DNA from: Octopus vulgaris
Taxonomy: Eukaryota
DNA length: 64,000 nt
Direction: 5' to 3'
Assembly: GCA_951406725.2 (NCBI GenBank)
Contig: OX597821.1
Location: 54,746,001-54,810,000, forward strand
In this document: in pieces, positions 25,800 through 37,995 of the stretch
Layout of the letters: each line of letters opens with the position of its first letter
Position numbering within the stretch: position 1 is the first letter of the stretch
Translations under genes and position numbers: made by a program
Notes under the pieces: model-generated
Told to the model about the DNA's origin: nothing
What the model saw: the letters and a program-made list of their open reading frames with translations, nothing else
Database searches by the model: none

Positions 25800-27950
25800 G
25801 GTATTTTTCCTTCAAAGGTACAAATATTTTATGGGAGGTAGATTTCTGTTGTATCAAAAATTGATGGAAGTTTTTATAATGCTATCACATAACACATACA
25901 TCAAGAATAAAAATACAAGAAGCAGAAATTAAAAGAAATCACATGCTTTTTATGATGCCTCAGGACTAACTTAATCAGCAATAACTGTCTGAGTATGTTG
26001 GAGGGATGATCAAGCTTCTTTCAGAAATCAGATCTACCTTCAAAAGAGGCAACAAATAATAAGCTTTTGAATATTGAGAAATAGAAAAACATTGCCCAGC
26101 CTATATCCAGTGAGGTTCAGTATCATTATTTAAGTTCCTTGAAGTTTCTGAAAATATGTTGAAAAGTATAATTTTCTCAGATGCTCTAAGGACATAAATC
26201 TTTAAGTAAAGAAGTTTACAATACATTTAGAATGTAGATAAATCATTGGTATAGGTTTTCAAGCTCAAATTACAATTAAAAATGGTGAGATCTCCTCCAC
26301 AGGATTCTCCATTGCATAAAATGTTTAACAATGTAAAACCTTGTACTGATAGAGATAAGGAATCCTATTGATAGGAAGAAGGAAGGGATTTGGAAACTTT
26401 TGTAGGTTTACTAAAATTACTGGCAAGGTTTGATCTTGTTATGCAAACACATCTTAGTGGTGTGGAAAAGAAACCAGGACAAAATAGCATAATATTTTTT
26501 TCCATTCAGTGAAAATATTCAGCTGATGGCTTCAATAGTTTACCACAAGTTGCTATATAGCATTTATTCACAAAGCCAAACGTTTTGGCCTTCACTCTGA
26601 TTCTGAAGAGCAAATGGCAGAAATTTTTCAATCTAATATTGATTTTTAATAACAGCTTTTCTTAGATTTGTTTAAAACATGATGGATATAATTTAAAATC
26701 AACTTGTGAAAGATGAAATGCCATTCTAAAACTGCTAATCACAATACTGTGACAATACTGAAGTTATTGGTGGTTATTAAAATGGTGTTCAACAGAGTAT
26801 TAATTAAAGAGAAGTTATTTTTGTAAACAGAAATAATCATTCTCTCAATTTAGATGGAATGCTTGATTAACCATTGTTTATTATTGGCAAATTTAGTTAA
26901 TTCATTTTCTACTGAACACACTGTTGGCAAATGTTGAAAGATACAATGTCAACAGTTGTTAAATCTGAATCTGAATCTTGATTGAGTTCCCAAACAGAGA
27001 CGGTAGAGCCAACTCATGAGAGCTTTTGCAAACCATAGTTGATCGTCAAAATTAAACTTTTGATACAAGTAGGTTCTAAGTAAAATTTTAACTTTCAATT
27101 CTTTGGTTTTGCTTGGATTTTGAACTGAAATGTTTATCAGATGCTTGAAAGTAACTTGTAGATTACCAGATACACTTTCATAATGTTGTTAGTGATTTAA
27201 AAACCTTTCAAATTTATTTTTAAAGTAGTTTAGGATCATTGATCATCGATCACTTGAAGCTAAGCTGAAAGCATATAATGAAAAGACTATCCAGGTGGCA
27301 ATTGTTCACACATAATGATTAGCAATGTGATTTCATTTGTGTTCACACTGACACAATAATGACACATTAAATGACAAATAAAGAATGAGTCAGTGGCAGT
27401 ATGGAATGTAAAATGCAAACTGAGCATGTCTAGAGAACAGGTGGCAAAATATTGTACCAGACAAAAGCTTTTACTTGGATGTTCAAAAGTAATTCCATGC
27501 AGCCCTTCTGAGTGTGATAATAGCTCTAGGAGCATGTAACATGTAATAGAAATGAGGTCTGGACAATTAATTAATTATGAGAGCAATCTTGTATTCATCA
27601 AACTTTATGAACTTCCAATTACTAACAGGAATTCACTTAGTTTCATTGCTCAACAATTCACAAGCACAGAAAATATCCTTGTGGACCCAGTTTGGAAATT
27701 CAACTAATATTTTACTAAGATGAAAAAGCAAAAGGGAAAGATAAAAAAATCTATGAGAGCTTAAATTATTTTTCAAATTGTATTTAATAAACTGTGTTGC
27801 TTTGAGTGTGTGGGATATCATAATTATGAAATAGAGTTTAGTATCAAAACTGAAAAAGAGGGTCATGATATTACCTTCATGTTTACAACAATATAGGGCT
27901 CCTGGACTTTAAGCTTGTAATTAATTGTTATGAAAATTCAACACTGTGGA
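25800..27950 (+). mobile_element. Highly decayed hAT (Tip100/ZMYM1-like) transposase relic
   Basis: GNF.GLLKLLARFDLVMQTHL (~26395), NGVQ, NHSLNL (~26835), KSESES-like (~26960). Many stops. Confidence 0.6.
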
Positions 27951-30044
27951 ACCAATAATTACCAAAATGAGAACAAAAATTAATTGCATCTTTGCAAAGG
28001 TTAATCAGGCTTTGATATTGTTCCCCACTACCCACTTCATGCTATTGCCCGTCCTCAACAACCTCACTTTCCACTTTCCTCTAGAATTAACCTGATAAAA
28101 AATTAGAAACAATAAAAGCATAATAAATAAAATAACAAAAAAAAAAAAACCTTTAGCTATATGGGCATGCACACTGTAACATCTAAGTAATATTTTCCAA
28201 ATGCATTTTTTGACTTCATTTTTTACAACTATCCCACTGTATACACACATACAGGGATATATGCACATTACTTCATGCAGTGGTTTGGTATGATAGGATT
28301 TCATCATAGTGATAGTTAGATGAGGAACCATAATTGTAAGGATTGCTAAATCTAATCAATGTCATTTATAATGAAATAAATATTTTATTGAAAACCGAGC
28401 AATTTTTTTTTTTTTTGAGTGACAAGTTTAGTATTAATGGATTTCGTATTCATTTTCTGCATATGTTAATTAACCAGATATGGATCTTTACAAATGGAAC
28501 AATGAACAATATCTGGACGATTCTGGTTAGTTTAAGCTTTATATGCTATAGTGGTTACTATAAATAAAAAAAAAGCACTCATGTTTCAAATTTCAGATCT
28601 CAATCTATAATTTATTAATTTGTATTTTGACAAGTCTCTCAGACTTAACTGCAAAAATAATTACATTCCATCTTTATTCAATATTAGCAAGAAAAGGTTG
28701 CAAGTAGACTTCTGTTTCTGAAATCTAGAATAATCTATCAATAAATGTCAGAAAGTCTCAGTCTGTTTCTCATTTTAAAACCAAATTAGAAGCTGTTATA
28801 ATTTCTGGATAATAAATGCAGTTCCTAAAACTGAAAATAAATTGTTTTTGTTTCCCAGTTGCCTGGATAATCTCAGTTAATTGAAGTTCTACAATCCACT
28901 ATATTGCATATGAAGACTCTGCAGAATGTATATTTAGCATGGAGGCAACTCCCCTGAGATACTTCCCATCAGCAATGTTATATTGTTAAAATTATTTCCT
29001 TTCCCAAAACTATGTAATCTAAACAGAAGAATATTTAATTCAGTTTTCAAATGATAAGACAAGAATAATATAACTTTCTTCTTTTATTCTTTTGTTGCTT
29101 TCAGTTTTTGGATTTTTGGAATGTGGCCATGATGGGATGGCACATTTAAGGGCTTTAATCAATTATTGTAAATTTTCTTTTTTTAATCATTTTTGTCACT
29201 GACTCTGCAGAATTGTTAGAGCTTTGGACAAAATGTCTTGCATTTAGTTTTGACTTTTGTGTTCTGAGTTCAAATCCCACAAATGACAACATTGCCTTTC
29301 ATCTTTTCAGGATCACTAAACTAAGGGTCAGTCAAACACCAAAGTTGTTTTAATCAAATGGCCCTGGCACTGAACCTACATCTCCCAAGATAATGGAATG
29401 ATACAGACATTGGTGCTTAATCTGACATTAAACAATGCAGGTCAAATGCCCTGAATAATTTAATTCAAGAGCATTATTGTAGAAATTTTAATTATTGTTT
29501 TACGTATCACATCATACTCCCTTAGTACACTTTAATTGATCATTTCACATTTTCTCATTAATTCTTATTAACTACACTTTTACCAACCATATTATACTTT
29601 CTATAAAAAGAATGTTTCCTACAGAGTTCAGTATATTGCATTACCTGCAAACTTGCAGTATATTGCATTCCCTGCCACCTCAAATTTTGGCAACAGTTAG
29701 AAACCAATATGTGCAAAGAAATGACAGATCCAGATTCTATTCATCAAGCAGTCATTGTTTGCTGAACAATAAAGAAAATTCACACAACTCTTGCCAAGAA
29801 TTTTCTGATCTTCCAGTTATAGTTTCTTTGTCAGTTGGTTCAACAGTGAATGAACACACAGTCTCTTTTTCAAAGACTAAAAATATGGTACCAATCAACC
29901 ATGGCCAAAAAAAGGTTGAATATATTCAGTACTATCACTGCTACCACCATTACTGCTGCTGCTGCCACCTCCACCACAAGAAATACATGCTAACTGATGG
30001 TTATGTTGGTGAAAGTCATTAATAAAGTCAATCTTTTATCTTTA

Positions 30045-30423
30045 ATCTTTAACTTGTTTCACTCATTAGACTGTGGTCATGCTGGGGCATCACCACGAAG
30101 ATGTTTTAGTTGAAGGAACCAAGCCCAGTACTTTCTTTTTGTTTAAGCCAGGTATTTATTTTATCCATCTCTTTTGCCAAACCACTAAGTTATGAGGACA
30201 TAAACAAACCTACACTGGTTGTCAAGCAGTGGTGGGATACAAACACAAACACACACACGCACACACTTACAACAGGGTTTTTTCAGTTTTTGTCTACCAA
30301 ATTGACTAAGAAGGCTTTGGTCAGCCTGAGGTTATAGTAGAAGGCACTTGCCTAAGGTGCCACACAATGGGACTGAACCCAAAACCATGTGGTTGGGAAG
30401 CAAGCTCCTTACCACACAGCCAC
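30045..30423 (-). mobile_element. SINE family B, full length
   Basis: Reverse complement of family B from head to tail. Confidence 0.88.
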
Positions 30424-30722
30424 AAATTCTAACAAATTTGGTTTCTTTAGATAGTCAAGAATTGGTTAACATTTATCAGACTAGTGCTTCTCTTAAATTA
30501 CATAGTATCTTAAATTATAAATGATTAGTAATGTTTTATCAAGTTCTTGGAGTCTTTTTTAATTCACGCAGGTGTAGGATTGCTTTCCAACAATGTAGTT
30601 TGGGGTTCAGTCTCATTGTACAAGACCTTGGGCAAATGTTTTCTACTCTAACCTTAGGACAACTAAAGCCTGCAATTGAATTTTAAAGGTGGAAACAGAA
30701 AAGAAGCCCATTGTGTATGTGA

Positions 30723-30920
30723 GTGTGGCATCCTTTCTAATATTTTAATACATAAAATATGACATGTTTAATATATATCTAGTATCAATGAAATAAATTA
30801 AATTAAAAAATCTCATAATCTCAATATTCTCTTTAATAAGTATAGCATATTTACTAGAATAATGTATATGTAAAAAGAATTCGAAATATCTGTTCTTTAT
30901 TGTAAGTAACCATATTGAAT
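30723..30920 (+). repeat. ~200-bp AT-rich segment repeated (diverged) at ~32515-32732
   Basis: Shared blocks tttctaatattttaata, aaattaaaaaat.tcataatctcaat, atatttactag.ataatgtat.tgtaaaaa, aaatatctgtt. Confidence 0.8.
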
Positions 30921-31689
30921 ATATATGGGTGTGTGTGTATATATATGTGTGTGTGTACAAATTTTCATGGCATATAAGATGCTCTTTTTTATCCAACAGA
31001 TGTCTCAGAAATTGACCTTGGTCCTATATGCAAAGCTGGGCCTCTCATAAGCTAATTATTTTTTCCCTAATTCTCACTACTTTAGAGACAGTTTCTTCTA
31101 GCTAACTTGACTCCTTAATAATTTTTACTTAAACATTATTATTATTACTTGAATTGAAAAAGGAATTGTCATAAAAGAGGACCACCAATGTTTGCCTGAA
31201 ATAGCTGATCAAATATCACTAAATATGCTTAAATACACCCCAGCCAATAACCAAATAAAAATCACTGAGAAAAGGATGTAACTGAAAGCAAATACTGGTA
31301 ACTGTAAAACCTTAACCTAGAAAACATGGGTAGGTGGGTATCTGAAAATACCCGATGGGGTGATGACCATGCTCTGCATAGTTACAGTATTGTCTTTTTG
31401 CAAGGCATAGCATCTGTTCAACCACCCTGCCAGGGACATGGTGGAGTCATGGGACTGCAACATAGCAGATTGTGAAGAGATAAGGGAAAAGCTCAACTGA
31501 GCCAATGGTGCTTCTTGCATTGATGTTGAGCCGAGAAATCCTAGATCAACAGTCAGGATGACCAAGGTGTATCAAGACAGCAACTACAACACATTCGTAA
31601 GGATGGTGTCCATGGTTGTGTAATCAGTAAATGAAAGATTCACTATGACTCAAGATCCAAATTCAAATTCATAATAATGGAAATGGATG

Positions 31690-31785
31690 GTATCTTAAGC
31701 AAAATCTCTTCTAATATAGCCTGGACTAACAAAAGCCTTGTGAGTGGCTTTGACAGACAAAAACTACAGAAGCTAGTCCTGTATG

Positions 31786-31851
<66 letters not shown>

Positions 31852-32060
31852 CGTACATGTGTGCTTGTTTGTCACCCACCACTGCTTGACATTTAGTGTT
31901 GGTTTGTTTACATCCTCATAACTTAGTGGTTTGACAAAAAGAGACTGATGAAATAAGTACCTGGCTTAGAAAATAAGGACTGGGGTCAATTTTTTTAACT
32001 ACATCCTTCAAGATGGTGCCCCAGATGCCCACTATCAAATGACTGAAATGAGTAAAAGCA
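31690..32060 (+). mobile_element. SINE family B, 5'-degenerate, with internal (TG)n
   Basis: aaagccttgtgagtgg...tgactgaaatgagtaaaag. Confidence 0.8.
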
Positions 32061-32168
32061 GATACAAGAAAGATGCTGGCAAAAATATTAAAATGGGTGT
32101 AAATTCTCCAGTTTAAAAATATGCGTAATATTTAGAGAAAATTATTAAACCTACAATTTTTTAAAAAT

Positions 32169-32475
32169 ACATCATCATCATCGTTTAACGTCCGTTCTCC
32201 GTGCTAGCATGGGTTGGACGGTTCGACTGGGGTCTGGGAAGCCAGGAAGCTGCACCAGGCTCCAGTCTGATCTGGCAGTGTATCTACAGCTGGATGCCCT
32301 TCCTATCGCCAACCACTCCATGAGTGTAGTGGGTGCTTTTTATGTGCCACCAGCACAGGTGCCAGGGGAGGCTGGCAGCAGCCACGATCGGTTGGTGCTT
32401 TTTACATGCCACTGGCACAGAAGCCAGTCAAGGTGGCACTGGCATCGGCCATGTTCGGATGGTGCTTTTTACACC
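32169..32475 (-). mobile_element. SINE family A
   Basis: Near-identical to 51511-51815. Confidence 0.9.
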
Positions 32476-33094
32476 TATAATTTTTAAAATATACCTATGA
32501 TTCAACTTTTGGCTGTGTGATTCTTTTCTAATATTTTAATATGTAAAAGACGATATTAGATCGATTATTAAAGTTATCTAATTTATATATAGCATCAATG
32601 CAATAAATCAAATTAAAAAATTTCATAATCTCAATCTTGTTTTTAATAAGCATAATATATTTACTAGGATAATGTATGTGTAAAAAAAATCCAAAATATC
32701 TGTTTTATAATTGTAAATAATATGATATTGACTGTACATGATATTAAATCATAATAGCCTATAGAAATATAGAGTAACTTTAATTTTGTTATTTTTGTCT
32801 ATTTTTGGTATTTACCTACAGAACATAAACTTTTTGCTTATCAATCACATCTTCAACATTATGATAACTTCAACTCAAAATGTTTTTCAGATAATTTGGT
32901 TTTGGTGAATTTTAATAGAATTTTTCAAACTAGAGCTATGATCACACCCAACATTTGATATTAGAAATACTCTACTAACATTTAATATTTTTGCAATGTT
33001 ATCAAGTTAATCATTTTGGGAGCTAAATTCTATTAGTTCAGAAAAATTGACAATAAATTTGTTTTGTTTTTTTAGTAACAAGATATGCATTATA

Positions 33095-33693
33095 TATATA
33101 GGGAGAGTTTACGAAAAAAAAAACAAAAGACAAAGACAGGTGGTGTACAAAACAAACAGATGTATTAATATAACGCTCAGGAATAGTAAAAAGTCTTTTA
33201 CGTTTCGAGCCTACGCTCAGGGACACAGAAAAAACAAGGAGAGAAAAAAAATGTGTGTAGTGGCTAACGATCAATCATGGCAACTGACTCAGACAAAAGG
33301 GTCACACATGAGAGGGAAAGTAGGGGAGATAACAAAGTAAAGATGACCCCAACACGAAGGTGCGTGTGTGTATAAGAGAGAATGTATGTGCGTGTGAAAG
33401 AGGGCTGGTGGTCTGGACGTGTGCATGTATGTATGTGTAGGTGTGAAAATGTGGGGATGGGTGTGTGGGTGGTGTGTTGTGATGTGATGTGTAATGCTGT
33501 ATGGTATAGTGTGGTGTGATGTTTGGAGGTGGGGGAGGCGAGAGTGGGGAAAGCACGGGTGGGGTGTGGGTTCGGCTGAGGGTTGGGGTAGAGTTGGGGT
33601 TTGTGGGTAGCAGAGGGTGGGGTAGAGGTGGGGTATGTGGGAGAGGGTGTGTGGGATAGGATGGGGGGATGGGATGGGAAGGATAGGGAAGGT

Positions 33694-33697
<4 letters not shown>
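33095..33697 (-). mobile_element. (TA)n-flanked non-coding element with partly deleted hammerhead motif (33195-33219)
   Basis: 33095-33270 is the reverse complement of 42620-42800. GAGC-GTAG-GCTC-GAAACGTA-AAAG is intact, while the 10-nt TTCTGTAGAA is deleted. Confidence 0.7.
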
Positions 33698-33732
<35 letters not shown>

Positions 33733-33769
33733 TTAACAGGAGATGGATTCAGTGTTAAACATTTATTGA

Positions 33770-33814
33770 GCACAACTTATGTTTTGACCCATCAGTCGGA
33801 TTCTCATCAGGTAC
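33770..33814 (-). ncRNA. Degenerate minimal type-I hammerhead followed by AATAAA (Penelope-like pseudo-LTR remnant)
   Basis: GTAC-CTGATGA-GAATCC gactgat GGGTC-AAAA(G12A)-CATAAG-TT-GTGC-tcAATAAA. Confidence 0.55.
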
Positions 33815-34071
33815 ATTGATAAAGATATGTTTCGCTAGAGACTTTTAGTGTTGGCTGGCTTCTTGTTATATGCCCATCAAGTTAGGGAATCAATAAAAGC
33901 AAATAATATTACAGAAATGCAAAAACTTCAATATCAACATGGAGTTCCTGAAGTTGATCCAACGGAAGTATGCCACAACAGCGAATGACAACAGGTAGCA
34001 TAAACTGTGCTGGTGCTCAACATTCAAACACACTAATCAACTTATACCTATTTGTCAAACTTATTATTATT

Positions 34072-34484
34072 GGCGCAGGAGTGGCTGTGTGGTAAGTAGC
34101 TTGTTTACCAACCACATGGTTCCGGGTTCAGTCCCACTGTGTGGCACCTTGGGCAAGTGTCTTCTACTATAGCCTCGGGCCGACCAAAGCCTTGTGAGTG
34201 GATTTGGTAGATGGAAACTGAAAGAAGCCCGTCGTATATATGTATATATATATATATATGCGTGTGTGTGTTTGTGTGTTTGTGTTTGTCCCCCTAGCAT
34301 TGCTTGACAACCGATGCTGGTGTGTTTATGTCCCCGTTACTTAGCGGTTCGGCAAAAGAGACCGATAGAATAAGTACTGGGCTTACTAAAGAATAAGTCC
34401 CGGGGTTGAGTTGCTCGATTAAAGGCGGTGCTCCAGCATGGCCGCAGTCAAATGACTGAAACAAGTAAAAGAGTAAAGAGTAAA
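34072..34484 (+). mobile_element. SINE family B, full length and young
   Basis: ggcgcaggag-TGGCTGTGTGG (A box)...GGTTCAGTCCC (B box)...ccttgggcaagt (CORE-like)...tail (gagtaaa)n. Confidence 0.93.
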
Positions 34485-35576
34485 GAGTGACAGAGCAGTG
34501 CATGCCATCAAAGTGACACTGGGGTAAAATATACGAAGCCCAGTATACCCATCATGACTACCCGTCTGATAAGGATACACTAGGCACATGCATCACAACC
34601 ATATGTGCATGACATGGTGATCTCTTGTCAAGATAAACAGCACATGACCTTGCAGGTGGGGCCCAGTTAGAATTTTCTTCTGGTCAAGTAACCCATCCCA
34701 CTCAAAAGGTCCCTGAATAAAGGTTGTTTAAGGATGTTGAATGAAACACCCATGTTTCCAGAGGTGAATTATCCAAACCCCAAAGAATCCCTCTCAACAC
34801 ATGGCTATGATGCTCCCCCACTACTTCTGCTCATGATCAGAGATACACATATCATCAGCCAATAAGGGGCATGCTCAACTGGTTAAGGTCAAACAATTGT
34901 GGTATTGAGCAGAATATTTGCTGTAGCCCATCTTTTATATCAAGACAAAACAATGTACATGATATCACTTCCAATCAGTTAAAATCAGGAGCCATGAGAG
35001 TCACTGCCTTATTATTATTATTGAGTGAGAGAGCAGTTCATGCCATCAAAGTGACACTGGGGTAAAATATACGAAGCCCAGTATACCCATCATGACTACC
35101 CGTCTGATAAAGGTACACCAGGCACATGCATCACAGCCATATGTGCGCGACATGGTGATCTCATATCAAGATAAACAGCACATGACCTTGCAGGTGGGGC
35201 CCAGTTAGAATTTTCTTCAGGTTGAGTAGCCCATCCTGCTCAAACGGTCCCTGAATAAGGGTTGCTTTAAGGATGTTGAATGAAACACCTATGTTTCCAG
35301 AGGTGAACCATTCAAACCCAAAGAATCCCTCTCAACACATGGCCATGATGCTCCCCCACTACTTCTGCTCGTGATCAGAGATGCACATATCGTCAGCCAC
35401 TAAGGGACATGCTCAACTGGTTAAGGTCAAACAACTGACAAGCAAATCTGTGGTATTGAGCAGAATATTTGCTGTAGCCCATCTTTTATACCAAGACAAA
35501 ACAATGTACATGATAACACTTCCAATCAGTTAAGATCAGAAGCCATGAGAGCCACTGCCTGGTACTGCATCAGGGC

Positions 35577-35578
<2 letters not shown>
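34485..35578 (-). mobile_element. Two tandem copies of the non-coding (TAA)n-associated retroposon (family D)
   Basis: Copies 34485-35008 and 35023-35578 are separated by a TTA tract and bounded by (TTA)n at 35579-35639. The left copy lacks ~20 nt at its 5' end. Confidence 0.9.
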
Positions 35579-35641
<63 letters not shown>

Positions 35642-36349
35642 GTATGTATGTATGTACGTATAAAGTCTTTATATTCCTCAACAATTACATTTTCATCATT
35701 GGGAAAATTATAACAGGTGGGACATAAGGCCCTATTTTTGGTTTTAGTCAATACCATACGGATAACCAAGTGATTTTAATTCAGTAAGATCAAATTCTAA
35801 ACAATCTTGCATTCCTTCCATCAAAAAAATCTCTCTTTCAAATGGTCACATAATAATTCTATAAAAGCTAATATGTCTGCCTTATCAGCAGTAGTTCTTT
35901 TTTATCAGATCATTAATGTACCAACCCATTTACATATACATTGAAAAGTACATGATTGCCAAGATCACCATATTGATTTTAATTTTTTAAACTTTTGCCT
36001 AAGCAAAATTTTGTACATCAATAGATGCCAAATCTTTTCTTTGAAAACTATTACACAAAATGACCAACTCTTTCAAAACATCATTTAAAACTTCAAAAGC
36101 TTTGCCAATTTTAACACTTTTTAGCTTTTTTAGTCAATATTTCAAAATCACCTCATTTGATTTGTCTTGCCCAAAATAAACTCTCAAATTTTCTAAGTTT
36201 TTGGAAATTGCCTGCAAAGTGATGTACCTAGAAAGACACCTAATATCAATGATTTAAAAGCTATAGATTTATTTTCACTTACTTTCTTTTTTTTAGTGCA
36301 CATAATTTTATATTCCAGTGTGGTCACACACATACACGCTGAGAGGAAA

Positions 36350-37995
36350 TACTGCCATATATTATGGTATAGACATCTTAGGATGATTTAATTTTTATAA
36401 CAATATTACTTGGTCCTGGTATATGCAATACCAAAGGTGCTGGTTGTTCATGAAATTTTACTTTCAACGATATGGCAGCAGGAGAAAAGATTAAGCACTA
36501 TAAACTAAATGTGATAGAAGATACTAAGGAGCATGGAAACGGCAGCTGTAGCAAGGAGGTCTGGCCCACATCTACAGAAAAAAAAAGATACATGTCTGGT
36601 GACAGCATGAAGATTAACTCAAAAACAGCTAAAAAGGATAAACATAACCTTCATTCTTCAGCCCGACTTTAGCCTGAACTTGAGAATAACATGAAAACGT
36701 GGAGACTGGGTGAAAAAAATTTAGGGAGAAGTGCTTCTACCAAAATGCTAATTACTGAAGCCAGGAGAAAAAAAACAAAAGAACAAATCAGAATTTTGCA
36801 GGAACAGGAGGTTGAATTTTGCAGGAACAGGAGGTTGAATTTTGCAGGAACAGGAGGTTGAGGATTTATCAATGCATAGAATAGCATAAATTACGCAGAA
36901 AACGCCAGCTAATCATGTTGAAAAAATATTTGAATTTCCTAAGTGTGTTGTAAAAGCACAGATGAAAACTTGCTTTAAACTGGGCCAAACAGGAAATAAG
37001 GAAGAAATTTTGGCAATGTAGCAAAACTGTGAGTACCAAGAGGAATAAAACAGTCTTGATAAAAGCCAATTGTCAGGAAAAGAACCCATTATACCATAGT
37101 TCTGGCTTGCTGTGCTGATGGCATATAACTGCCACTGATTTAGTTATTTAAAAGATAAAAATTCCATATGTATTTTTTCATCTCTATCCAAAAGGCTAGG
37201 TGAATGAACCTGAAATGAAACTGATGTATGGGTGAGGTGACCTGGTAGACTCTTAAGGAAACCTTCTTTTCTGGTTTGTAATCAGTTTAGAGCACATAAC
37301 ACTGAAACCATAAAAAAATTGAAATCTCAGCTGTCATTCCTGTCAGATTGTCAAGACAATTGCAAATAAGCCATTTGAGCAAAACATGTAAGAACATTAG
37401 TACAAATGAATGGAAGATCCACTTCATGGCCTCGCACCAACAGGAAGGATGAATTTACCTACCACTGCACAAATGTGCGATAAGATGGAGAAGTTTTGGT
37501 ATAACTTAAAAACTGAAATAATTGTGAAGGTTTTAAGAAGTGTTGCATTAGCAATGTTTTTGATAGCACAGAAGATATTGCATTATTTGAATACAGTGAA
37601 ATCAGTAACAAAGATGATGAGTTTATGGAATTTAATGATAAAGACTTTTCTGTTTTGTTCTATGTTCAACCGTAGTAGGAGCTTGCTTTTCATAAAATGT
37701 ATTCGGCTTTGTTTTTGTTTTTTTATTGAATGTTTTATTATTGTAATCATGTAGAATATTTACTCTTTCATGATTTGTGTTCAGTTGTGCAGCTAACTTA
37801 CATTTTTTATATGCGGTTGAATTTTATGCAATAGCTGAGGTACTTTTGTAATGATCTGTAATGTACTGCTGGATTGCTTTAAATATTACATGTTTTAATG
37901 TGCTAAAACCTCTTCTTCCCTTTCCTGAATATATTCTGCTGAAATTGAGGTGTGTCTAATATGCCCATGCATATTATATGAATATTATGTTATAT
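36350..37995 (+). mobile_element. pogo/Tigger-type transposon relic
   Basis: YKLNVIE..KEHGN, STKMLITEARR, F.G..G, TIVLACCADG..LPL, PKG.VNE..M, LVCNQFRAH and NKPF motifs across shifted frames. Confidence 0.75.
36791..36861 (+). repeat. 3 x 23-bp perfect tandem repeat
   Basis: (gaattttgcaggaacaggaggtt)3. Confidence 0.95.

Noticed and set aside
29612-30022. 136-aa ORF
   Set aside because: No recognisable motif, low-complexity end and no convincing splice pair.
36791-36861. 23-bp direct repeats as a possible CRISPR array
   Set aside because: No spacers, eukaryotic context, and located inside a pogo relic.
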